A DNA stretch of 61,640 nucleotides, the filler included, from Intoshia linei (taxonomy: Eukaryota > Animalia > Orthonectida), in the NCBI GenBank assembly GCA_001642005.1. It is 5 parts of 5 records of this genome, joined end to end, with 100 filler letters (N's around TTAATTAATTAA, not from the genome) between each part and the next. Parts side by side here need not be neighbours in the genome. Positions count along the whole stretch, not along the records: positions 1 to 25,156 come from LWCA01000509.1; 4 more parts are not named here. One strand, written 5' to 3'. Made by a program: the position numbers and the translations under genes. Within the stretch, counting starts at the first letter, position 1. The number at the start of each line of letters is the position of its first letter. This document shows, one piece after another, positions 1 to 13,332 of this stretch. The notes beneath the pieces were generated by a model, which ran no database searches, was not told the origin of the DNA, and worked only from the letters and a program-made list of their open reading frames with translations.

Positions 1-101
1 TTTGGGAACCACTCCTTTAAAGGATTGATAATAGTGAATAGTAGGATTTTTAAGCTAGAGTTAGGTGCTGTTTGGACGTAGTACAAAACTGCCAAGCCAG
101 T
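1..101 (+). mobile_element. 3' end of a non-autonomous Helitron-like repeat (internally deleted copy)
   Basis: Matches the 3' region of the copies at ~35645-35796 and ~45070-45210. Ends in a degenerate gctgtttggac-gta-gtacaaaactgc hairpin followed by a mutated CTAG (ccag). Confidence 0.7.
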
Positions 102-190
102 TTAATATAAATACTTCTTGTATAAATAATTCGATTTTATTAGTTTTTATATTAGCAATTGTTATATCCTTTCGCGGTGTTTATTTTTTT

Positions 191-1096
191 TCAGCAAATT
201 TTAATTTTTTCCCATGCTTGAGAAATTATAACAATAGCTTGACTTATGTTTAAATTAGAAAGGTAATTTGGTAATTCGTCACAATGAATAAGTAGGGAAA
301 ATTCTATCATTACATTATAATAATGGTTTTTAAACGATTTTATCATACCCATATTAAGTGGTTGAATTAAAGCTGTTGCATTCTTTGGTAAAAAAAACAA
401 CTTAATATTTGAACAATCTAACTGTTTATCGCAACTAGCATTATCTAAAATAAGTACAGTTTTTCTCTTTTGATCCTTCATTTCACAATTCAAAACCATC
501 AACCATGCATCAAAAATATTGCTTGTCATCCATGCATTTATTGATGAATTATATAAAACTCTGAAATCAAATGGAAAACAATTTTTCATACATCGAGGAT
601 TCTTACTTTTTCTTATTACCAATGGCTGTAGTTTTTCCCTCTCCAAACTACAACATAAAAAGGTTACTTTTTGTTTTATTTGTTTAGTTCCTTTACATTT
701 ATCGTTTTTTTGAACAAATGATTTTTTTAAAAGATTTTTAATATATAAAGCAGTTTCGTCACAATTGAAAACATTCTCACTTTTATATTCACGTATGTGC
801 TCATCGTAAATTGCATAAAAATCAATTAAATTCGACTTATCACATGATTTTTTTTCACCATAAATTGACTTAAATAATAATTCAGGCCTGAATTTCAATC
901 TATCTAACAATCCATTTGAGACAACAAAATTGTTAATATACAATCGTGTAGCTACATTTAGAGCAAAATGTTTTAATTTTGTTACCATTAACCGGGACAT
1001 ATTGTTTCCTAAATTTAAGAATGTCTCAAACACGGCTTTATCTAATTCAACAAAACAATTGTGTGGTTGATGACGGTATTGCATCAACATTGACAT
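191..1096 (-). mobile_element. pogo/Tigger (CENP-B-like, DDE_1) transposase, probably degenerate
   Basis: Motifs SNGLLDRLKFR, NVFNCDETAL, LILDNAS and LPKNATALIQPLNMG. The third catalytic Asp of the usual QPLD motif is Asn here. Confidence 0.85.
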
Positions 1097-2530
1097 TCAT
1101 CACTTGATTATTTAAAACTGGTAATATTTCCTTTTTAATTCTAAATACTGTACATTTACTAGTTTTGGTTCGGAGAACTTTTTATCTTTTAACCCTTACG
1201 AGACTATGCTGATTTTCAAAATTGCAAGCAAAAAATTTCACTTTTGAAATGTTAAAAAACACTAGAATTTAAAGCTCAAAATTCACAAATTTCAAATGTC
1301 ATTGATTTGTAAAGTGAACAACTTAAATTTGTCTTTAATATTTGGCTAAGAATTAGCAATAAAATGTATTTAATTTATGAAACGCAATTGCAATCACGTC
1401 GCGTCTATTATATTTCAAATATAATTTATTTTGTTTGACACAAAGTAAACATTGATAATAAAATTAATTTTTACGCATATTGCATATTATTGTATGAGCA
1501 GTAATTTGTTCAAAATTTATATTGGTATTGCCTTATTATGGTTTGTATACAAACCAATGTAAATTCATGAGTGTAATTTTTGGCATCTATACCAGTGGTG
1601 TGCAAACTTATTGATATGCGGGCCACACAAATTTCGTGAATACATATGAAACAATTTAAATTGATGAAATTCTATTTTGGCTTGTAAATTTGATTGCTTT
1701 TTTTAAATATTAAAGTGTCAAAATTCCATTTGAATAATTAACAATTATTATTTTTGGAGTGCATTTTAATTATTAAGTTTCAAAATTGTACGTATTTATA
1801 ATTATATCAATGCAAACAATGAAAGAAAATTTGAACAAAAATTATCCTATTATTGATAAATAATAAAAATAATTTTTGTGTTCAACTATTCATAAAACCA
1901 ACCAAAAAATTTAATTTTTATAATAATAATTAATAATAATCACAATTATTATATAAATAAAAATTTAATAAATATTGGTATTGCTCCAATTGTGAATGAT
2001 GCAGCCGAAAGATAAAAATACAAACGAACCTCAAATTTGTCCAAAAACGAAGTAGAAATCCAAAATATAGTGTCAGTTTTGAATAAATTTTGATGATTTT
2101 ATTAGAAATATACAAAAATAAACTTAAATTTACAAATATTTTATCTAATTACTTAATTGATCACCGCAACGTCGTTACTTACTTTTTTCAAAAATGGTCT
2201 TTTACATCTTTGTTTGCATTTAAAAATACATCTAGTCCACATGGTACGTCTTTAAAAATATCAAAATTTAAAAACGATGTGACACCCAGTTGAGAATTAC
2301 TGGTTTATTATATTAAAACATTTAATGGTAATCTATTCATAAATTTAATTTGAGTTGAGAGTTGAATATAATTTTTAACTCTTTACATCTATTTATTATA
2401 ATTTACATTTCATATTCAAAGCATTAAACCTAATGTATTGGTAAGAATTGGTTATTATAGTATTATAATAAAGGAAATTCTTGAATTTAAGTGAAATTGC
2501 ATTTCAAATACTATAATTTATCTGGTAATA

Positions 2531-3434
2531 CAGTGGTTTCTGTTCAATATAAATACTGTATAATATGAATTTTATGAAAATAAAAGTTAGATTTGTATAG
2601 TATTTATTATGAGAAAACATTTTTAATATGAATTTCTTTCAATATGAACTGTAAATATGAATTTGTGTAAATAAACATAAATTTGTATTAATTTTCTATC
2701 ACGTGACTTATAAATTTTAGAAAAGTAACCATTCAATATGAATTTGAAGAGAAAAAGATCGATATATGATAAAATAAAATTGATTAAACTGTTTGACGAA
2801 TATTAAAATCAAAAATATTTAGCCACTAAACACTCAATTTCAGTAGGTTTGATAAATAAGTCGTTAAAAAATCGTGAAGAAATCATTAATTGTAATAATT
2901 TGAATCAGAAGAGACAACCTTGCCTAAGGGAATCTATGAAAATTGAATCAGTGGTTTCAACATCAACAGACATTAAATATAAGTATAAGTGGCAATATAT
3001 TAAAAGAAATGGCGCTGGAAATTGAGTCTTTTGGATTTGAACGCTTTTAAAGCTTCTACTGGTTGTTTAAATTCTTTTTTTAACCAGAAATTCCATTAAA
3101 TCAAAAAAATGTATAAAAGAATCAAAATTAGTAAGCGAGTCTAAAATAAAATAAATATTTTCTAAAGCTGTAGAAAAATATAGAAATGATAACTGATGAA
3201 ACCAGATCTTAAAAAAAAATTAATTATTAATTTTTAATTTAAGAAAAAATTGAAAATAGCAACAAAATTAGAAACTATTTTCCATTGCAAAAATATATAC
3301 TTATACAATGTATAATATACATTTGTGTTAATACTCACTTCATTCTAAATTCATATTCATATTGTACAACCAACTCTATTATGAATGTTCTAAATATCCG
3401 GTCCCTTGACATTCATATTATACAGAAACCACTG
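2531..3434 (+). mobile_element. Tigger/pogo deletion derivative with TIRs and TA target-site duplication
   Basis: TA|CAGTGGTTTCTGT...ACAGAAACCACTG|TA, with repeated subterminal AATATGAAT motifs. Internal decayed transposase remnants (ASTGCLNSF-like and DET-like). Confidence 0.8.
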
Positions 3435-3915
3435 TATTTCTAAAACAATTAATTTCCAGGAAATTAAAAAAAATTGAATTTGAATGAGGTTTTAGATTAC
3501 AATTTCCAATCTTTTTATGAGTGTACTAATTATTAAATAAATTGAAACCGAGCCATTTGAACATAAATTGCCATACATAAATGTAAAAATTATTTACAAA
3601 AAATTAAAAATTTAACAAAAATACGTTGTCTACAATAAATTTATGATATTGTATTGGAACTTGTCTGTAATAGCTCTACTTTATTAGAATGTCATAGTTT
3701 TACCATAGTTTTTACCATATAAAACACGTACCGTCCAATCAGAACATTACGATAAATGCATATTAAATTGAGCGGTATTTTTGATATGAAGTGCATATCT
3801 AAACTTATCGATTATTTTATCGTTCATATATTTTCTGCTAGACAAAAACTAGTTTAAAAATTTCATTTCATATTTATTCATTTTAAATTTAGTATTTTAA
3901 CTGAGTTAACCAAAA

Positions 3916-5287
3916 ATGAGTCAAAAAGAATCAACTACTATGGAAGACATTGAGTATTTGCTTTAATAAACCAATTTAATAACATAATAATGGTCTATTT
4001 AGAACCACTGAATTAATATTGATTGGAAGATCTAAATTGGCAAAAAATGAAATACCTGATGCATTGGAACATTTGCAAACTGCCTGTCATAGAATGTATG
4101 TTTATAAATTCTTTTCTAATAAATGATAGGTCTAAAGAGCACGGTGAAATGAGTGAAAAATTGGTCGACGTATACATGTACTATGGATGTGCTCTTTTGG
4201 CCATGTCACGAGTTGAAAGCGGAGTTTTAGGAAATGCTCTCAGTGGAAGTATTTAACTTTTGTAAATTGATTCAATTTATTAAATAGTTATTGATAAGGC
4301 CGAGGAAAATAATATGGACCTTGATTGCGATGAAGTTGAGAAAAAAGACGATGGTGACAAAGCTTGGGAAGAAATTAGCGAAAAGGTGATTGACGCTATG
4401 GTTGAAAAGGACGATCTTGTTGAAACTGAGGAAATTTCCGTCACAGAGGAAAAGGACGAAGAAGAAAAACCTGAAGAAACTGAAAAAGTTGATGAACCTG
4501 TAACCGAAGAAACCAAAAAGGAAGATGAAGAAAGTGAAGATGTTAGCCATCTTCAACTTTCATGGGAAATTCTCGATCTTACCAGAAAAATAATTGAAAA
4601 ACAAGAAAATAAAGAAATGGACTCTAAATTAGCCAAAGTATATCTCTTGTTGGGAGAAGTTTCAGTGGAAACTGGTAGTTATGATCAAGGAGTCGATGAT
4701 TTCAAAAAATGCTTGGATATTAGAGAAAACTTGGAATCTTCTACTTCTAGACTTTTGGCAGAAGTTAATTATCAAATTGGCATAGCTTATTCATATGCAA
4801 AAAATTATGATGAATCTCTAAAGTACCTAAACGTTTCAATTGAAATTATGAACAAAGATATTGGTACGTTAATATTATTTACATTTACTAAATTTATTTT
4901 TAGAAATACTCTCAAAGAATGGGTCTGAGAATACAGAAGGTTTGATTTTTTATAAAATTAATTTAATATTTAATTATTATCTAGAAATATCCGACATTAG
5001 AATGGTTCTACCTCAAATGATGCAGAGAATCAAAGATGTCGAAGAAGAAAGAGACGATAAATCCAATAACAACAAAGAAAAAAATGGTGTCACTCCTGAT
5101 AACACTGAGGCAGATGATATATCTCATATGCTCAAGAAGAAGGTAATTTTTTGAAAATATTTAAAAATAAACGTATCAGAGAGAAACAGATTCTGATATA
5201 CAACCCAAAAAAATGAAGATGGATTCTTCCGCTATAGAGGGTGAAGGAGACCATATTGCCAACGGAAATAATGCTATGAAGGCATAA
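3916..5287 (+). CDS. NASP: Nuclear autoantigenic sperm protein (histone chaperone, TPR), multi-exon
   Basis: Spliced ORF from MSQKESTT. Contains YYGCALLAMSRVESGVLGNAL, an acidic insert, LQLSWEILDL, LGEVSVETGSY and RLLAEVNYQIG, then a basic C-terminal NLS. Stop TAA at 5285-5287; GT-AG introns of ~34-49 nt. Confidence 0.9.
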
Positions 5288-5499
5288 TCGATATTATTTA
5301 ATGTAGTATATAATTATTGTAAAGTTCTTATTAAATCGTCTGAATACAATTTTTGTACAATCAATAGTTCCATAGTTTTGTTCCACTTGTGAATATTTGA
5401 GTACGCATAAAATATAGTTGAAATTCTGTTTGAAAATTTGTATACGTGATGACAAACGTTTACATAGATAATATTTACAAAATGAAATTTTTTATATAA

Positions 5500-8400
5500 A
5501 TGAAAAAAAACGAAATTCCACCCAGTGTATGGCACGATATGGCTCGTGTGTCTACTGAAAATATTTCTTCGCAATCTACCTCATTTATTGGTGGTTCAGT
5601 ACAAATTGAAAAATTTACCTACAAAATTCGCACATTTATTGCTGATGGTGGTTTTGGCAGTGTTTTTAAAGCACAAAACGTCAAAGACAATTCATATGTG
5701 GCTATAAAAGTAAGTAATGTGGGTATATTTCTTAATGAAATTAGAGAATGTTTGCCAACAATAAAGATACCCATCGCGCAATAATAAAAGAATTGAAATT
5801 ATTGGTTAAGATTTTTGTAAAATTTAGATTGTCATTATTTAGAAAAAGCTTAGCGGTCATCCAAACATTGTCACGTTTATAGCTGGTGCTGGTCTAACCA
5901 AAAAGAATGGCAAGGTTGGTTTGACTGAGTACCTTTTACTCACCGAATATTGCCCAGGTATTAAATACATGTGTGGAACTTTTTTTAAATTATTAGTGCT
6001 ACTCATGAACGTATTAAACTCTGATATTGACCTCAACTCTGTACAAATTTTACACATGTTTTATCAATTAACTTCTGCTGTCAATTTTATTCATTCACAA
6101 TCCATGCCTCTTATACATCGTGATTTAAAGGTTTTTTCACATTTTTAATACAATCTAGTTTCATAGATGGATAACATACTTGTCAATGATAAGGGTATTC
6201 TAAAATTGATAGATTTTGGAAGTATGACCGTAAACCTTATAACACCACAATCCGATTGGTCCACCGAAAAATACATGAACGCGGAAACAGAAATTGACAG
6301 TTTCACAACTCCTATTTACCGAGCACCCGAAATGTATGATCTTTATCAACTATATCCGATTGATACAAAATCAGATATTTGGGTTAGTTTTTTTAGAATT
6401 AATGTATTATTCTTAATTTAATTGTTTATATGTATTTGTAAGCCAATATACTTTTTTATTGTTCATACATTTAGGCGCTTGGTTGCATTTTATTCTGCAT
6501 GACGTATAAATCTCATCCATTTGAAACGAGTGGGAAACTAGCCATTATAAATTGCAAATACCACTACCCGTCAATTAAAAAATCGGAACAATATACCAAA
6601 GTTAACCAATTTATAGGTAAATTTTTATTTTATAAAGGTATATCGTGGGGTCGCCAAAGTGGAGAACATGTTACCATGGATATAAAAAGTTGAGATTATT
6701 GAGGGACAATTAAAAATCTATTTAGAAATCATTTTTTAGGGTCCGCGACGAAAAAAGTATGCCAATGTTTGTACTGTATGGGTTAATTATTTTACATTTG
6801 ATGCACTGCATAACCATATTTTGTTGCATATTCAAATAATCTATGAAGCTATACAATATTTATTTTAAGTTAGGATTCCTAACATATTTGCTTTATATAA
6901 AATTCTTTGTGTGTCTATCTCTTATCGTTTATTTCAATCATTAAGGGTTTTTAAAATTCCACATTTTTATAACAGTTTTTTTCACTTGTGAAATTAAGAA
7001 AAATTTCAATTTTAGAAAGTTTCATTTTACCGGACAAAAACTATAATTATCCTTTCTTTTAAATCAAACGAGTCCTATAGTTTAAAAAAATATAGACTCT
7101 GATACTGATTTTACAATCATGAATATTGACATAATTTAAATTTCATAAAGTTGTATCTTCAAGGCCAAAACCACAAATTACCCTTTTTTAAAAAATGACA
7201 ATAGTTTCAGAATTTAAAAAAAATTACAGTTTATACTATTATTTTTCTAAATATATATAGAATTTTTCTAAGGACAAAATTTTGGTTAAATTTTAACTTA
7301 AAATGACTAGCATTATTATGATACTAAATCTTTTTTGGTTCAAATTAAAAGCTTTAGATACGTAAAATAATTTATTATTTAATTAATTAGTATTAATATA
7401 TATATTAATTATTTAATTTAAATTAAAATAAATTAATTTTCTTGATTAATGATAATAATAATGGTTGATTATTAATTATATGAAATTAAATGACCTGCAA
7501 ATATGGATTAAGTGGAATGAAAATAAAAATATATTAATTGTTTTAATGCAATGGCTGTCTGTTCATAATAGTATACGCACCCCCATTTCAAAATATTTAT
7601 TTTTTTGATCCCTAGCTCTAATAAATAAAAAAATATAATATTAAACTAAGACGACAAAAATGTAATATAATAATTTGGTTGTTTTGAGAAATTAGATTTT
7701 AAGTTTTTATTAAAAATGTTGATGAAATGACGGGTCCAAGGTGAAAAAGTTTGGTAAACCCTGATCTAGTAAATAAATACATTTTTATTAGGTTGACGAA
7801 GAATCAAAAATATTTTTTTTAACTTATCAACAATTTGGAGTTTCAACTTATGTTAGATTTTTGATTTTTGCGAATCCGCAATTATATACTATTTGGCTAC
7901 TCTTTGATTTAAAATAAAAATAATAGTACCCAAAAACTTTTTAATTCGAAAAGAAACATGAATACCACCTTTTTGGTATAACATATATCATTGTATTGTT
8001 TAGAAAAAATATTTATCCTAAACCCATTAAATCGACCAAGCGCTGAAGAGTTGATGGATATGATGAATTTTGTTTTAGCAAAATACAATTATTTGGAACC
8101 CCTATCGTTTTTGGCAAAAAAAAGTAATTTTCCATTTCAAGTTTTTTTCATTAATTTTTTCAGTTGTGTCCAAATGGAGTGACTCTGAAATTAAATTTTT
8201 ACCGTCAAATTTGAGTGTATACAAAACCATGTCTAAGCCGATGCAGTCAGTTAATCCGGCAGAATCAGTTGTTGAACCAAAACAACAAAATATTGCAACT
8301 GAAAAGTTGCAGAATTTGGAAATGGAAAAGTATTAAGGCATTTTGTGATTTTCACATGTTTTTAGAGTAAATAAATTTTATAAAGAATCCGTTATTGACT

Positions 8401-10937
8401 TTGATTTTATAACCCCTCGGATTGCAGGTAATTTTATATTAACATTTTTAATATTTGTTAGTTATGTCGTTCCCATCACCTGATTCAAAAATAAACTGTT
8501 TGCAGTCTGTTGAAACTTATTTAAATGAAAGATTTGAAAATAATTATGCAATTTACAATATTACCAACACCAGTTTTCACAAAGACTCTACACTTCAGAG
8601 GGTAAATTGGAAAAAAGATAAATTGTTACTATTCAATATTAGGTTAGTGAATGTGGTTCGAGGTGTGATACAAATCTTTCTTATTTAATAGCCATTTACG
8701 ATAACATTGTGTGCTGGCTCGGTAAAAATAAATGCAATATTGGTGTTATCAATTGCAAGGTACGTTAATTTGATTAACATGCCAATTTCACGTTTAGAAT
8801 GGATTCTGGGCTTCGTGTGCTGTTATTTGTGGGCTTCTTATTTATGGTGGCGTTTTCAGTCATTATTTACCACCATTGATACTTTTTCAAGAAAAACGCA
8901 AGAAAAAGATTAAATTATACCCATCCCAGTATAGGTAATTATAATTCAATTTGATTTAATTATTTATTAAGATATTTGACGTATATAATGAAAATAAAGG
9001 ACGAAATGAAGAAAAACAATTCCATTCAAAATTTACCTACCAATATTATTAAATTAAACAGTATTTTGTTCATCAATGCTAATGATAAATTATACAGGTA
9101 TTTATATTTATGTTTTTGTATAAAAGTTTGAAGTATCAATGAACATATCAAGGTTGAAATATTTTGCAATTCAAATAAAGTGAATCACGTCTATTTTCCA
9201 CCGGATAAATTAAAAAATGATTTCAAAATAGACATTGAAACGTACGTATCTGGCGATGTGGTTATTTTGTTTTCTGCGCCGTCGTTTAAGGATGAAAAGG
9301 TATATTTTTTATATTGTCTTTAAATGGTCAATTTAGAAAAAATACATCGACTTGTTTTCAATTAGTTTCCATACTTCTTTCATTGATCGTACAGAAAAAA
9401 CTACTCAACTCGTTTTCAAATTGTAGTTTTTTATCATTTTTATTTACTAAATTTAAAAATTTATTAGCAAGGATATTGATGTTTTTTATAAAAACGCGTC
9501 ATGTGAATTGACATTTATCACCAATATTTGTATGGATTCTTCACTCAATAGAGCCTCATTTACAAGTGATATTACTGTAGCAGATTTGCTAAATTGCAAT
9601 CAACCGACATTCAAATTAGTGGATCCAATTATATTTTTTGGAAATAAACGTTTTTTGAAAGAAACTATTTCTCAATATGGTATATTTTATACTATTAGTT
9701 TATTAGGGACTTGCTTTTTTATTGATTTTTTAGAAAATTTATCCATTATAGAAAAGGACAATTTTGTAAATTTTATTCAAGACGATTTCGTTTTTCAAGA
9801 TCCATCGTTAAAACAGAAGCTGCATTCTACAACAAAACAAGATTCTGTCGATTTGTTAAATACCTTTTCAAATTCAGCTATCATTGCAAGTAAAAGTACG
9901 AGTGATATAAATACTAGTGAAACATCTCCAATTTGTCGCATTAAATCAGAAAATAATGAATGTACTGCTAGTTTATTGAATATTGATTCATTTGTACAAA
10001 ATGATGGAGTTAATGTTGCATATTCTTACACCAATGTGCAGGATGTGCTGGAACCATCAAAAATGTCAAACCAAAAACCTAAACAGAAGATGGAGTTATC
10101 AACTAAAACCTCTGTCACCCCAAAATATGATATACCCATTAATAGAAAGCCTGATTCACCAAAAAAAACAAAGTTTTACTGTGATGAACCAAAAAAAGAG
10201 CAAAGCAATGATAAAAGTATTAATGACATGTTTAGCGATTTGCTTAAACCTCATAATTTCCAGACTGAGAACGATAAAAATAAAAAAACGAATCTTACAC
10301 TCAAAGATATTAGATATACCGAAAAAGCTAAATTTATGGATCCAAATACTCTAGCAGTAATATACTATTTACTTTATCTGGGCGCTGTTCTTTTTTTGTC
10401 AATTTTATCTTTGGAAATTTATATTTCTTTTTAAAATTTGAACATATACTCTGATTTTATATTTATTTGTGTAAAACTGGAGTTTTCTCTAAAAGGATGG
10501 TAAAAATAGAATTTTCTTCTAAGGGTTGGTAAAACTGGAATTTTTCCTTAAGGATTGGTAAATTTTGATTTTTAGTAAAAGAACTTTTCGATTTGGTTGG
10601 ATTTAAGTAGACACCCTTTTAAAAGTTTATGTTGATGTTTTACAACGTATTTCCAACTAATTTATTTTTTTAGGTCAATAAATGGAAAGAAGGAAAAGAG
10701 GAAAACATTCGCGCGTTGGTTTCTACAATTCACACCCTACCTTGGCCTATAAAACTGTCTATCCAGCCAGTATCAATGGCAAATTTACTATCTGTTAGTC
10801 AAGTAAAAAAGGCTTATAGAAAAATTGTTGTACATATACACCCAGACAAAAATATTGGTTCTCAAAATGAAACATTAGCCAAATTAGTTTTTATTCCATT
10901 AAGTCTTGCCTGGTCAAAATTTGACCAAAATGATTAA
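5500..10937 (+). CDS. GAK: Cyclin-G-associated kinase / auxilin (NAK kinase, PTEN-like, C2, clathrin-binding region, J domain)
   Basis: Kinase motifs IADGGFGSVF, LLTEYC, IHRDLK, LIDFGS, TTPIYRAPEM and DIWALG. PTEN-like exons (DFDFITPRIAVMSFP), DLL/LLNID clathrin motifs, and a final exon with VKKAYRK..HPDK. Start codon approximate. Confidence 0.9.
6875..7290 (+). repeat. Degenerate Helitron-family fragment in a GAK intron
   Basis: tcctaac...tgtgtgtct start, plus the ccaaaaccacaaattacccttttt unit shared with the 34364-35796 copy. Confidence 0.5.
10470..10620 (+). repeat. ~29-bp minisatellite (aagggttggtaaaactggaattttt...)
   Basis: About 4 degenerate tandem units; same family as 11134-11430 (reverse orientation) and 52855-53340. 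Confidence 0.65.
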
Positions 10938-11133
10938 ATATACTTTATTGATTAGTTTTAATGTTCATTTTATAAATTTATGTGATATTATTAAAATGTG
11001 TAACCTTTGCAGTTTTTATGAGACTCGTTTTATACGTTTTAACCTAGTGCTTCAGTGCTCAAATGCTCCACCGCTAAAGTAATGTATTATTTATTATTAT
11101 TATTGGAATTAATTTATTATTATTACTATTAAG

Positions 11134-11432
11134 GAGAAAACACCACTAAATCCAACTCCAAATGAGAAAATCCAAATTTACCAACCCTTAAAGGAAAAAT
11201 CCACTTTTTCCAAATTTTTTAAAAAATATAATTTTAACAAGTCTAAGGAAAAGAACCTCTTAATCCAACCACAAAAGAAAAAATCCAAGTTTACCAACGC
11301 TTAAGGGAGAAATCCACTTTTTATAACTTTTTTGGAAAATTGGGATTTTACCAAATCATCCTAGAAAACACTTCTTAATCCAACTCTAAATGAAAAGATT
11401 CAATTTACCTACCCTTAAGGTAAAAATCCCCT
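11134..11432 (-). repeat. Same ~29-bp minisatellite arranged in ~115-120-bp higher-order units
   Basis: Three recurrences of taatccaac...aaaatccaa.tttaccaac.cttaa..aaatcc. Confidence 0.65.
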
Positions 11433-13332
11433 TTAAATGTATTAAATGCGCTTAATTTACATATAAAGTTAACGTATAAGCAAATATTGTACTAAATAAT
11501 GAAGATAATTATAATCCATTTTATCAAATTGTTAATTAAACTTATTTTAGTTGAAATTGTATAAAAGTTTACCAATTGGGGACAAAATGGTTTTTATTTA
11601 AAAAAATTTTGCAATATCAATGAATATTTTTATTTGTTTTTAAATGACATACGGCTGCATTTTAGAAACTGGAAGAAAAAAATCTAATTAAAAATTATAA
11701 TAAGATTAATATTTAATAAACCTAACTTATATAACATGGTGAAATAATATTTTAGGGTTCACGACATTTATTACTTTGAGAAGCACTGTTTTAACTTTTC
11801 TAGTGATTTCAATTAGCAATGGATTGAATCCACTCTATTAATACATCGGTGATATGAGCACATCGGAAGTCTTTGATAATTATAATAATAATTTGACAAA
11901 CTTTTTTTTAAATGATGTTTATATTTAGATTATTGGTCTGTCTGCGAATTGTCTTCGATATTTAAAATGCCGTTGTGGGTATCTGAACCAGCAAATCTTA
12001 ATGTGATCCACAAGGACATCTGCTTTAAATATGCCAATTTTTAGGCAGTAAAACTGATTCTTAAACTTAAGACCAACTCCTTAAAAAATATCATTTCTGG
12101 GATGCGTTTTAAAATCATTGACATTGTCGTAAATCTCAACATCAGAAACGCACACCTTCATGGTCAAAACCACAAATTAACCTTTGTTTTAAAAATTAAA
12201 CGATAAAAATAGATGCCCCGTTTTAGAAAATCGTTCCTTGGTCGATTCGTCCGCCATTGAGAATCAGTGATATATGAGTGCTTTCAATTTATTTATAACG
12301 TCTTCAATTGTCATAACATATTCTCACATTAAAATTAGAACAATCATTTGATAATGGGCAAAAACGAAGACGTCAATGTGTGAGATTGGAACAGATTTTT
12401 AAATTTTGAGTAAAAAATTGCCACCGACTAGAGTCGAACATACCATGTTCAATGTCAACTCGAAAATAAAAGTGGACCCAAAAATATTCACAAATAATGT
12501 CCAATACCTTATGAATCAAGCCACCTCCACGTGTCTGCACTTGATTGTTTAAATTTGACACCAAAATAGTTATAGAAAACAATACAATTTGGAAAAATCA
12601 GGCTTTCATTTTTGTTGTAAAATAAAGACTGCTATGTCATCGAATTTGCAAATTATATTTTTTATTTAAATTTAAAACTTTGGTTGATAAAATTATGTTT
12701 TGACATCGAAGATGCTTGGAACCTACCAAGCTCGAGGCCACCCAAAAAGTACCAAAATTAAGGCCTTAAAAAATCGCAAACTGCGTAGTATCATATAGCT
12801 CATTACTTTATCTCAAAGTTCTTGGACTAAAATTTTAAATTTACAAAACCAGATAGATATGATATTTAAGAATATAATTTTTTAGTGCTCAATTTTGAAA
12901 AATGAGGCCACTATTTTACAAACATTTCGTGGATCCTACCCGAGTAGGGTATAGCATACGGTAGGTTTGGCATTGATTATACGTGACAAATACGGCATGA
13001 TCCAATACATGAACAATATTCTTATAGATTCTTTGACTGCAATCTTTCAGCTACTAGCACGTACAATCTACTTAATTAAATTTTAACCCAATACCGTTAT
13101 TTGAATATCTGCAGATACGACAGTGAAAATATCACATTTTAGATGAATTTCATCATGAAACAAAGATTCCTTACAGTATTGAGCAGTATAAAATTTTCAT
13201 CATTACGTAAGCCTATACATAAGTTATCAAAAAATTGTTTTTGTGATATACCGATGATACAATGTTGACATTATTATAATAAAGGTTAGTATCAAAATTA
13301 AAGAAAATTCTACTCAGTTAAGAATTGTAACA

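Noticed and set aside
3690-3790. CCAAT box and a short duplicated catagtttt(t)ac motif upstream of NASP
   Set aside because: Plausible promoter elements, but too short to distinguish from chance.
10357-10434. Hydrophobic C-terminal tail on ORF 9508-10434, suggesting a membrane-anchored GAK
   Set aside because: It is read-through past a GT donor into a T-rich intron, which naturally translates as hydrophobic residues.
12990-13275. Possible small gene or C/D snoRNA divergent from SEC11 (GT-AG-like segments and two ATGATGA motifs on the minus strand)
   Set aside because: Every splicing I tried hits stop codons, and I found no convincing terminal stem or guide sequence. Unresolved without RNA data.
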